A DNA stretch of 49,965 bases from Flavobacterium sp. SCGC AAA160-P02 (GTDB lineage Bacteria; Bacteroidota; Bacteroidia; Flavobacteriales; Flavobacteriaceae): contig CATISV010000162.1 in the NCBI GenBank assembly GCA_949541125.1, positions 1-49,965 of the forward strand, given 5' to 3'. Each line of letters starts with the position of its first letter. The first letter of the stretch is position 1. The notes beneath the pieces were generated by a model that searched no databases, had not been told where the DNA came from, and worked only from the letters and a program-made list of their open reading frames with translations. Shown here piece after piece: positions 19,287-28,132 of this stretch. The position numbers and the translations under genes are program-made.

Positions 19287-19985
19287 ATGAAAAACTTAAT
19301 TTACCTAACCATTTGTTTTTTTACATTAGGGATCTCGGTTACTCAATTAGAGATAACTCAAAATAACACCAAACCAAAGGATCTTGTTAAAAATCAATTC
19401 ACCCCTTACAGTCTGAGCATTTCAGAAAACATACCCAACACAATTTCATACTATGACAAAGAAGAGGAAGATCAACAAGAATATTATATAAAAATGAACT
19501 TGGGACATTATGGTCCTGGTGGTGATGATGATACTTTGTGGGAACCAAATCTTGCCTGGACTTGTTTCGGCTGTAACGGCAAGGACCTTTCCGATGCTTT
19601 GACGATAAAAGGCAACACTGTAGAAAAAACATCGGTAGTATGTTATGATAACGAAAATCAAAGTACTGATGTTACCAAAAAGAACTTTTGTAGTAATAAT
19701 AATATTTGGAGATCTTTTACATTTTTCCAAGATTCAGGAGAAAATTTGGGGCACTATGGTCCTGGTGGTGATGACAAAACTTTATGGGAACCAAGTCTTG
19801 CTTGGACTTGTGTTGACTGTGATGGTTTGGATCTTTCTGATGCCATAACGATTAACGGTAAAGCTGTCAAAAAAGGCTCAGGAATATGTTATGATACTAG
19901 TGCCCAAAAAACGGATATTATAACAAAGGATTTTTGTAATGTTACTGTAAATACTTGGCGTTCTTATTCTCTTATATTTAAATAA
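19287..19985 (+). CDS. Secreted hypothetical protein with two tandem 82-aa Cys-rich domains
   Basis: Start moved to ATG 19287 (MKNLIYLTICFF signal peptide); NLGHYGPGGDD.TLWEP.LAWTC occurs twice. Confidence 0.8.
   Translation: MKNLIYLTICFFTLGISVTQLEITQNNTKPKDLVKNQFTPYSLSISENIPNTISYYDKEEEDQQEYYIKMNLGHYGPGGDDDTLWEPNLAWTCFGCNGKDLSDALTIKGNTVEKTSVVCYDNENQSTDVTKKNFCSNNNIWRSFTFFQDSGENLGHYGPGGDDKTLWEPSLAWTCVDCDGLDLSDAITINGKAVKKGSGICYDTSAQKTDIITKDFCNVTVNTWRSYSLIFK
19497..19982 (+). repeat. Intragenic tandem duplication, 246-bp period
   Basis: Units start at 19497 and 19743; shared TATGGTCCTGGTGGTGATGA and TGGGAACCAA.TCTTGC.TGGACTTGT. Confidence 0.92.
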
Positions 19986-20042
19986 TCTGAAAGCCTATTT
20001 TATTCTGAGAGACTGTTAGTTTTGTTTTGTCAACGCTCATTT

Positions 20043-20627
20043 TTACCAGATTTTATTCTCAAGTATAAAAATAAGTGAGATACCAGCAGCAGCACCCGAA
20101 ATAAAAACATTCCAGTCACGGTGGTTTACTTTGAGTTTTGTTAAGAACAAATATCCGATACTCACGATAAAGAATACCACTAGAATTTGTCCAAGCTCAA
20201 TGCCAATATTAAAGCCCAACAAAGGCATTGCAACAGAGGATGAATCCATTAAAAGCGCTTTAAAATAATTAGAAAACCCCATGCCATGTATTAAGCCGAA
20301 AAATAAAGCCATGGCGTAGTTTTTATTCATTTTAGAGCTTTGATCACCTTGACTAGAACCGATGATATTATTGATTGCAGTTAAAAAAATAGTTACAGGA
20401 ATGAGAAATTCGATGATATTGGATGGGATGGTAACGATATCCAAAGACGACAAAACCAGTGTTATACTATGGCCAATTGTAAAGGCAGTGACCAATACAA
20501 GAATGCTTTTCCATTGCTGAATTCTATAAATCGCACACAAAGCCACAAGAAACAACATATGATCATATCCCGCAAAATCAGAAATATGTTCGAAGCCTAA
20601 CTTAATGTAAAAATCAAAAGAATCCAT
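20043..20627 (-). CDS. HupE/UreJ family membrane protein
   Basis: GFEHI, GYDHMLF, FTIGHSITL, FGLIHGMGF, FNIGIELGQ. Confidence 0.92.
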   Translation of the reverse strand: MDSFDFYIKLGFEHISDFAGYDHMLFLVALCAIYRIQQWKSILVLVTAFTIGHSITLVLSSLDIVTIPSNIIEFLIPVTIFLTAINNIIGSSQGDQSSKMNKNYAMALFFGLIHGMGFSNYFKALLMDSSSVAMPLLGFNIGIELGQILVVFFIVSIGYLFLTKLKVNHRDWNVFISGAAAGISLIFILENKIW

Positions 20628-20628
20628 A

Positions 20629-21144
20629 TTAAAAGCTTAATTGATGAACCGATTTTTTTTTGTTTAGCATCAAACTTTTTGATGTTTTGTCAACATGAAC
20701 ATAAACGATATTGTTTTGATCAAAAAAGAGATCTGTAAATACAGCATTTTTAATTTCTAGAGATTTCAAGGGAGTAGGTTGTGTGTATTCAAAGGATACC
20801 CAGAGAGCCGTATTGTCATTTTCTCCTTTGAGTTTCTTGTTTTTTATTTGAAGGTCTACCAACTTTTGATTGACCTTGACATAAAAAAATTGGTTCAAGT
20901 AGTTTAGGAGTAATTTATTTGCTCGCGCTGATTCATTTGGCTGACAAAATCTTAGTTCGTTACTATTTGGGTTGAAAACTATCGCTTCATTGACATCTGT
21001 TAGAAATAGTTTGAGGTTGATTGTTAGTAACTCTTTTTCGGAAGAATATTCAATTTCACACAAGGACAACTTGAGTGGATGAGCAAATGCAGGAAACGTC
21101 ATCCAAAATCCAATTATCAAAATCAATCCTCGAAACAAATTCAT
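20629..21144 (-). CDS. Exported DUF6702-like protein
   Basis: Signal peptide AFA followed by mature N-terminal HP, S..EIEY, LF.D, F.DQ.N.V; adjacent to HupE/UreJ. Confidence 0.7.
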   Translation of the reverse strand: MNLFRGLILIIGFWMTFPAFAHPLKLSLCEIEYSSEKELLTINLKLFLTDVNEAIVFNPNSNELRFCQPNESARANKLLLNYLNQFFYVKVNQKLVDLQIKNKKLKGENDNTALWVSFEYTQPTPLKSLEIKNAVFTDLFFDQNNIVYVHVDKTSKSLMLNKKKSVHQLSF

Positions 21145-21158
21145 AGAATTTTAATTTA

Positions 21159-22430
21159 TCAGGCTTCTAGGGCTTTTGTTTTTTTTGCAACTTCTTGAAC
21201 TTCTTTAAAGACACGAATTAAATTACCTCCCCAAATTTTTTCAATTTCCTCTTCAGAGTAGCCTCTTTTAACAAGCCCTATGGTGATATTCATAACTTCA
21301 CTGGCATCAAAAACCCCCTCAATTCCTCCCCCTCCATCAAAATCACATCCAATTCCAACATGGTCAATTCCAGCGATTTTAATGATGTGATCAATATGAT
21401 CCACTACATCCTCTACTGTTGCATCAGGAACAGGATACTTTTCATTGATTTCTCTAAAGGCATTTCTTGCCGCGATTTGTTCTTCTCGGGTCATTTCAAC
21501 AAATGGTTTCATTTGAGTTCTAAGGGCTACAATGGCAGAGTCTCGCGCTTCATTTGGCGGTGCTTCACGCAAATAATCAGCGAGCATAGTAAGTTGAACG
21601 ACACCACCGTTTTTAGCCATTAATCTCAGCATTTCATCAGTCATGTTGCGATTATGATTGGTTACTGCTCGTGCATTGGAGTGACTTGCAATAATGGGTG
21701 CTTTTGAAAGAGCAATGGCATCATAGAATAAACTGTCGTTACCATGTGAAACATCTACCATAATACCCAAGCGATTCATCTCTTTAACAACCTCACTACC
21801 AAAATCACTTAATCCGCCATGTTCCGACCCATTAGGGTCGGTAGCCGAATCAGCCAAATCATTGTTGGAAGAATGTACTAAAGTGATATAACGAACTCCT
21901 TTATTAAAATACAATTCAACATTGGAAAGATCCTTGCCAATTGGATAACCATTTTCAATTCCGATATAGATAGCACGTTTTCCTTCTTTTTCCAAGGAAT
22001 AAGCGTCTTCAGGGTTTAGTGCGAGTCCTACTAGGTCTCTATTTCTTTTTGTTGAAGTAACGATGGAGTCGATCATTTGGAGGCATAGGTTTTTTGCCCT
22101 GTTATGACCACCATCATCTCGAATATCTTGTGCTACAAAAGCGGCAAAGAAAATAGCATCTAATCCGCCCTCGATCATACGCGGATAATCTACCTTCGAA
22201 CCTGATTCTCTTGGATCATGACGCTTAGACATATCAAAACCGGGCTGTATCATTCTTAAAGGGGTATCAGCATGGGTATCAAGAGTTAGGACACGATTGT
22301 GAATGTCGAGTGCTTTTTGGATTAATTCATCTTCATTCTTCATAATATTGGTATTAGAACTTTTATTACAACAAACGAACAAAAAAGAAATTAAGAAAAG
22401 AACAAGATAATTAAGGCGAGGATTTGACAT
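21159..22430 (-). CDS. Membrane dipeptidase (peptidase M19), lipoprotein
   Basis: DTHAD, IGIENG, VDVSH, IASHSNA, GIGCDFDG. Confidence 0.93.
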   Translation of the reverse strand: MSNPRLNYLVLFLISFLFVCCNKSSNTNIMKNEDELIQKALDIHNRVLTLDTHADTPLRMIQPGFDMSKRHDPRESGSKVDYPRMIEGGLDAIFFAAFVAQDIRDDGGHNRAKNLCLQMIDSIVTSTKRNRDLVGLALNPEDAYSLEKEGKRAIYIGIENGYPIGKDLSNVELYFNKGVRYITLVHSSNNDLADSATDPNGSEHGGLSDFGSEVVKEMNRLGIMVDVSHGNDSLFYDAIALSKAPIIASHSNARAVTNHNRNMTDEMLRLMAKNGGVVQLTMLADYLREAPPNEARDSAIVALRTQMKPFVEMTREEQIAARNAFREINEKYPVPDATVEDVVDHIDHIIKIAGIDHVGIGCDFDGGGGIEGVFDASEVMNITIGLVKRGYSEEEIEKIWGGNLIRVFKEVQEVAKKTKALEA

Positions 22431-22614
22431 ATTTTATTTTTTTATGAATTAGTAGCATTTAAAATTACGATAATAACTTTAATTACGCTCTATGAAATCG
22501 TAAAGGATTTTTAAAAGAAACACACCATTGATTGATAGTCAATCATGATTGTAGACTTTTCATAAGTGTTATAGTTATTTGTATTTGGGAAAATGATCTA
22601 GGTGTTTGATTAAG

Positions 22615-24255
22615 CTATTTCTTGATTATTTTTTTGGAAACTAAAACATTTCCATTTTCATTTAATAAAGATGTCAAATAAACCCCTCTTTCAAAATTGG
22701 AAAAATCTATTTTTAAAGAGTTTTGTTGAGATGAATTGTCAATTCTTAACACTTCAACTCCTAAAATATTATGAATCAACACGGCATTGAATTTTAAAGC
22801 GCTATTGATGGTTACAAAATTTGAGACAGGATTTGGAAAAATCGAGAAATTTGTAGGGTTTGTAACTTCATTAACAGATAACGAGTTTTGAAGAAGGGCC
22901 TGATATGTATTGATTCTGCCATATCCATAATAAATATCAAAACCTGGAATATCTTCGGAAAGATTTCCTACTTGGTCTTCTGCCGTATTTCTAATAATAC
23001 TTCTAATATCATCGGGTGTTTGATCAGGATCTTGTGCAAGTAATAATGAACTCAGTCCTGCAACTAAAGGGGTTGCTTGTGATGTTCCTCCCCAATAGGA
23101 ATTATAGTTGGTATTTGATTGATGATTTAGGCCATAAATATAGTTTCCAGGCGCAACAACATCAATATGATTCCCATAATTACTTCCACTGGTCGCGCTC
23201 CAAAAAAATGGAGCTGAACGTTCGTCATTGGGATTCGTTGCTCCCACTGCAATTGTATTTTGATAACCAGCAGGATAAAAAGTGGTGTTGTTATTTTCAT
23301 TCATCATACATGCTACAACAATTACTCCATTGTCATATGCATAATCAATCGCATCTTTCATAGAATTAGAAAATCCTGAACCACCTACTGACATATTGAT
23401 AACGTTCGCACCATTATCAACAGCATAATAAATTGCATCAGTCCACCAAGAATAATAACCTGTGTTATTTTCATTTAAAATCTTTCCAATCATTAATTTA
23501 CAATTCCAGTCAACACCTGAATATCCAAGATTGTTATTTGAATTCGCTCCAATGATTCCTGTTACGTTTGTTCCGTGTCCATGATCATCTGTTGGGTCAT
23601 TATCATTATTTGCAAAATCCCACCCATTTATATCATCAATATAACCGTTGTTATCATCATCAATACCATTCAATGTTTCGTTGGTATTTGTCCATATTCT
23701 ACCGCTGAACTCAGGATGCTCTAACTTTATACCAGAGTCCAAAACTGCAACGATTATGGACTGATCTCCTTGCTCTATATCCCATCCAAGTTCCATATCA
23801 ATATCTGCATCAATTGTCGCCGGAGATAATGAAAACGTTCCGTCGTTGTAGAGTCCATATTGCCTTGAAAAGTATGTATCGTCTGGGACAAATTCCAATG
23901 CTGCTTTTTTTCCACCTCCTAAACCAATAAAATCCGCCTCAACGTATTCAAACAAATTGGTGTTTTTGTACTGTTCGATTAAATCATTTATTTCATGATT
24001 TGATTCAAAATTTAGGATATATGTATCACCTTTTTGCTTATTTCCACTAAGAATTATGGATTGAACCTTGTTTTTTTTATTCAGGTCATCTAATTCATGA
24101 TGATGAAATTTTCTTGCGTTATTGGGCATCCCATATCCAACATCAACACTTGACTTAAATTTAACCACGAGTCGATTTTTAGACTGTTTTTCTTGGATTT
24201 GAGCAAAAGACGCATTTTGCAATAGTATCAAGATCAATAAAAATAAATGTTTCAT
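22615..24255 (-). CDS. Subtilisin-like S8 peptidase with T9SS type A C-terminal domain
   Basis: VLDSG, HGHGT, GTSQA catalytic triad; IFPNP...KIIKK tail. Confidence 0.95.
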   Translation of the reverse strand: MKHLFLLILILLQNASFAQIQEKQSKNRLVVKFKSSVDVGYGMPNNARKFHHHELDDLNKKNKVQSIILSGNKQKGDTYILNFESNHEINDLIEQYKNTNLFEYVEADFIGLGGGKKAALEFVPDDTYFSRQYGLYNDGTFSLSPATIDADIDMELGWDIEQGDQSIIVAVLDSGIKLEHPEFSGRIWTNTNETLNGIDDDNNGYIDDINGWDFANNDNDPTDDHGHGTNVTGIIGANSNNNLGYSGVDWNCKLMIGKILNENNTGYYSWWTDAIYYAVDNGANVINMSVGGSGFSNSMKDAIDYAYDNGVIVVACMMNENNNTTFYPAGYQNTIAVGATNPNDERSAPFFWSATSGSNYGNHIDVVAPGNYIYGLNHQSNTNYNSYWGGTSQATPLVAGLSSLLLAQDPDQTPDDIRSIIRNTAEDQVGNLSEDIPGFDIYYGYGRINTYQALLQNSLSVNEVTNPTNFSIFPNPVSNFVTINSALKFNAVLIHNILGVEVLRIDNSSQQNSLKIDFSNFERGVYLTSLLNENGNVLVSKKIIKK

Positions 24256-24318
24256 CTTTTTAGTTTTAATTATGACAAGTTAAAATTAATATATTGTTAG
24301 CCAATAGAGTTCTATACT

Positions 24319-25530
24319 CTAAGTTTTATTCTGCATGTTAACGATGTTTTTAGGCCATGGATCTTCAAATTGACAACCAGCATTCCAAAGTTCAATTTCC
24401 TCCTCTGTAAGAAAGCATGATATTAATTTATCTGTAAATTGATTTATCTGTGCCTTATCTCCAATTACAGTTAGGTCACAGTGCCGATCTCCAAATCGAC
24501 CAGATTCTTTAGCTAGAAGTTCTTTTAGTGATTCAATTTCCATTTTTGATAGACCATTATCCTTATCTTCAACAATCCCTGATCTCCAGAATCCGATCAA
24601 TTCCAGGCTTATCCCACCAGCAGCCTGCTGCCAAAGCAATGATTGTTTATCCCGGCTGGCAAGCCAGAAAAAACCTTTACTTCGATAGATTCTCTTGTCA
24701 AGATATTGATGACAAATTTCCCAAAGACGTTGAGGATGGAAAGGTCTGTCATCTTTGATTACTCTCGTTTCTATATCGTAAGGTCTGTCATCATGTTCTT
24801 CATTTTCCAATATTGGCTTGAGCTCCTTAATCAATTGTGTTACTTTAAAGTAATCATACTCCTTAAGTTCAAATAAAGATTCAATAGTGAGATTCCCAAA
24901 TATTACAGAATGTGTTGAGGCTAGAGGATTAATCTGTTGCACATAAGTTGCAATATCTGGAAGTTTTTCGGCTTCTATACGATCTGCTTTAGTCAAAATT
25001 AAATGACTACAAAATAAAATCTGCTCAACCAATAAGTTGGTGGTGTCTCGTTTTCCTGTTACTATATTTCGTTGCATTTGCTGAATGAGACTTTCTCCAT
25101 AGTTGAAATCGTGAGCCAACATTAAGCTATCAACAAGTACTAATACTCCAGTCAACTTTACCTGTTCTTGATCTTTGAAATATTCTATGAGCGGCATCGG
25201 GTGACAGCTTCCAGAAGTTTCAATAATAATTAGTTCAAGTTCTTGGTTTGAAAGCAGTTTTTGGACTGCCTGGTCAAGTTTTTCAACACCGATTTTACTG
25301 CTAAGAACACATGAGGAAATAGAAATAAGAATATCGTTATTTTCTTCAACCATGTTGGTATTTCCTATCAGTTCGCCATCTACATCTAGTTCACTCATGT
25401 CGTTAACAATTGCACAAACAGAGATGTTTTTCTTTTTTGATTGAGACAGTAGACTTCTAAAAAGTGTTGTTTTACCAGACCCTAGGAATCCATTTAAAAT
25501 AATGACCGGAACTTTTTTTAGTTCGATCAT
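24319..25530 (-). CDS. COG0523/CobW-family GTPase (putative metallochaperone)
   Basis: GFLGSGKTT, VNDMSE, IETSG, TKAD, RPFHPQRL..RSKGFFW CobW_C region; start moved to ATG 25530, which overlaps the upstream stop (ATGA). Confidence 0.92.
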   Translation of the reverse strand: MIELKKVPVIILNGFLGSGKTTLFRSLLSQSKKKNISVCAIVNDMSELDVDGELIGNTNMVEENNDILISISSCVLSSKIGVEKLDQAVQKLLSNQELELIIIETSGSCHPMPLIEYFKDQEQVKLTGVLVLVDSLMLAHDFNYGESLIQQMQRNIVTGKRDTTNLLVEQILFCSHLILTKADRIEAEKLPDIATYVQQINPLASTHSVIFGNLTIESLFELKEYDYFKVTQLIKELKPILENEEHDDRPYDIETRVIKDDRPFHPQRLWEICHQYLDKRIYRSKGFFWLASRDKQSLLWQQAAGGISLELIGFWRSGIVEDKDNGLSKMEIESLKELLAKESGRFGDRHCDLTVIGDKAQINQFTDKLISCFLTEEEIELWNAGCQFEDPWPKNIVNMQNKT

Positions 25531-27941
25531 TTTTTGTTTTTCACATGTTTTTCTAGCCATTGGTCTTGTTCCCACAATAAATGAAGAATACTTTCTTTAG
25601 AGCGGTACCCGTGGCTTTCTTTTGGTAACATTACCAATCGTACAGTGGCTCCTAAACCTTTAAGCGCATTAAAGTAACGTTCGCTTTGCATAGGATAGGT
25701 GCCAGAATTATTGTCGGCTTCTCCGTGAACAAGCAATAATGGTTGATTCATTTTTTCAGCATGCATAAATGGAGACATGGTATAATATATCTCAGGAGAC
25801 TCCCAATAACTTCTTTGTTCGCTTTGAAATCCGAAAGGGGTTAACGTTCTATTGTATGCACCACTTCTAGCGATTCCTGCGGCAAATAAATTAGAGTGTG
25901 ACAAAAGGTTTGCTACCATAAAAGCACCATAACTATGCCCTCCAACAGCAACCCTGTCCCGATCAATGTATCCTAATTCGTCAACAGCATCAATCGCTGC
26001 TTTTGCGTTTGCTACCAATTGTTCTCTAAAAGAATCGTTAGGTTCTTTTTCTCCCTCTCCTACAATTGGGAATGAAGCATCATCTAATACAGCATAGCCC
26101 CGAGTGACCCAATAAATCATAGAGCCGTAATATGGGTACGTAAATTCGTTTGAGTTTTTAGTGCTTTGCCCAGCACTGGACTTATCTTTAAATTCTGTTG
26201 GATATGCCCACAAGATCATAGGCATTTTTTCTTTTTTGTCTTTATTATAACCAACAGGTAAATATAAGGTGCCAGAAAGGTCTAGCCCATCTTCACGCTT
26301 GTAATTGATCACTTCTTTGTGTACATTTTGAATACTTTTAAAAGGGTTTTCAAAATGAGTTACCTGGGTAAGTTTCTCTTTTTTAACTTTTCTAAAATAA
26401 TAATTAGGATATGTTTTAGGTGATTCAATTCTGACTAATAATTCTTTCTTTTTAGGATCATAATTTGTAATACTTTCAATTTTATCGGTATATTCAGACT
26501 GGTAAATTCTTTTCTTTTTTTGTGTTTTTAGATTTAGCTGATCCAAAAATGGGAATTGCCCTTTTTTTGTAAAGCCATCTCCGATTAAAAATGCGTCATC
26601 ATTCACAATGGCTAATACCTGACTACCCATAGTATTTCTTTCAGTTACAAATGTTCCAGGGTCACTATAGCGATCTTGATAATTCCTATCTGTAAGCAGC
26701 GCGGGTTGTTGCGAAGGATTGGATGGATTAAAAATATAAGATTTTGTATTTCTCGTATTCCACCAATAATCGTGTGCAATTGCAACTTTATCATTACCCC
26801 ATTGTATATAACGAAATCTATTGATAGTTTTTAATAGGCTTCTCCCTGTTGAATTAAATGGAGCTTCCAATTGAAATATCTCATCACGATATTTCACTTT
26901 GTTCTCGGGGTCGCCACCATCCATTGCTATTGTATAAATTAAAGCTGCAGGTTTATCACTTCTCCAATTAAAATTTCTCTTACCAGTTCTTACGGCCATA
27001 AACCCTTTAGGTAGGTTCTCTATAAGCGGTACTTCTAAAACGGTTTTTACCTTCTTTCCATCTTTTGTGTAAATGACTGTTTTTGAGGGGAATCTTCCAT
27101 ATGGTACTAAATAAGAAAAAGGTTTTTCGATGGTTACAATTAATACATAATTGCCATCAGGTGAAAAATTTATACGCGTATACATATTGTCGGCCAACCA
27201 TTTTTCTTTCGAGCCATCCAGTGAAATCTTATAAATTTCTGAAAGGGCTAATTGTTCAAAATTATGTTCGTCATTTTTGTTTTTAAGCAAGTCTTGATAG
27301 GTTCTATTTTGAGCTTTTTTTCCATCATTAACTGAAATTGTTGGTCCGGTTGGTATGGCGGTTTTAGTATTTATTAAGGGCTTTCTCTTTTTTGAAACCA
27401 TTTTAACTAACAGAGCATTTCCGTCTTTGAACCAGTTGAGAACACTACCTGTATTTGCATTTGCAGTAGCTGTTGTAATTTTTGACAAAGAAGCTGAGTT
27501 AATATCGAGCACCCAAACCTCAACACCTTTTTCTGTAGTATTCGTTAAGGCAATTTTACTTTGATCAGGCGACCAAATAAAATTGGTAAGCTTAGCATTT
27601 TTCGGTAATCCTTGCACCTGTATGATTCTAGCATTTTTTTTATTAAGGTTTTTTATTTTAACATTATTGAAATAAGTTACTCTACTTCCAATATTTGTTT
27701 TCGGATCAATCCGTAATCCACCTAATCGAAGTTCTTCTTTAGAGAGCTCTTCAATAGATTTATATGAATCTCTGTATAGTAGTATCATATTATCTTTATT
27801 TTCATCGAGCAATACACTAGGCGCTCGTGGTATATCTACTAGCTCTAGTATGTCACTTGGGGGCTTTTGATAGGTTAAATTATCTTGGCCAAAAGCACAA
27901 ATTGCGCATAAATAAAACGAGATGTAAAAAAAATACTTCAT
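25527..27941 (-). CDS. S9 family (prolyl oligopeptidase / glutamyl endopeptidase-like) peptidase
   Basis: Signal peptide, GGHSYGA, HGEADNN, ESHGY. Confidence 0.93.
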   Translation of the reverse strand: MKYFFYISFYLCAICAFGQDNLTYQKPPSDILELVDIPRAPSVLLDENKDNMILLYRDSYKSIEELSKEELRLGGLRIDPKTNIGSRVTYFNNVKIKNLNKKNARIIQVQGLPKNAKLTNFIWSPDQSKIALTNTTEKGVEVWVLDINSASLSKITTATANANTGSVLNWFKDGNALLVKMVSKKRKPLINTKTAIPTGPTISVNDGKKAQNRTYQDLLKNKNDEHNFEQLALSEIYKISLDGSKEKWLADNMYTRINFSPDGNYVLIVTIEKPFSYLVPYGRFPSKTVIYTKDGKKVKTVLEVPLIENLPKGFMAVRTGKRNFNWRSDKPAALIYTIAMDGGDPENKVKYRDEIFQLEAPFNSTGRSLLKTINRFRYIQWGNDKVAIAHDYWWNTRNTKSYIFNPSNPSQQPALLTDRNYQDRYSDPGTFVTERNTMGSQVLAIVNDDAFLIGDGFTKKGQFPFLDQLNLKTQKKKRIYQSEYTDKIESITNYDPKKKELLVRIESPKTYPNYYFRKVKKEKLTQVTHFENPFKSIQNVHKEVINYKREDGLDLSGTLYLPVGYNKDKKEKMPMILWAYPTEFKDKSSAGQSTKNSNEFTYPYYGSMIYWVTRGYAVLDDASFPIVGEGEKEPNDSFREQLVANAKAAIDAVDELGYIDRDRVAVGGHSYGAFMVANLLSHSNLFAAGIARSGAYNRTLTPFGFQSEQRSYWESPEIYYTMSPFMHAEKMNQPLLLVHGEADNNSGTYPMQSERYFNALKGLGATVRLVMLPKESHGYRSKESILHLLWEQDQWLEKHVKNKK

Positions 27942-27954
27942 AATAATAGATTAA

Positions 27955-28105
27955 TATTTATAGAAAAGGTGTTAGAATAAGGTTCGCTGTGTTTTAGGCG
28001 TTAAATTTAGCAAATACAAACCAAATTGGAAATTCCACAGGAATTTTAAGAATCAGTGAGAACAACCAATTTATGAATAGCCATTGTTGGAACATGTTAT
28101 TTTTT
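27955..28105 (-). repeat. Decayed ~140-bp intergenic element with hairpin and embedded promoter (attC-like organisation)
   Basis: Minus strand: ACATGTTCCAACAATGGCTAT...AAATTCC-TGT-GGAATTT (28030-28046)...TTTGGTTTGTATTTGCTAAATTTA; the promoter part recurs at 8626-8653. Confidence 0.5.
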
Positions 28106-28132
28106 ATCCAGTTACATTTTTTGAAACTCTCC

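Noticed and set aside
19497-19982. CRISPR array or DGR template/variable repeat pair
   Set aside because: Only two in-frame coding units, differences are not adenine-specific, and no cas or reverse transcriptase gene is present
22529-22545. Palindrome TGATTGA-TAG-TCAATCA
   Set aside because: Single short AT-rich instance; no regulator assignable
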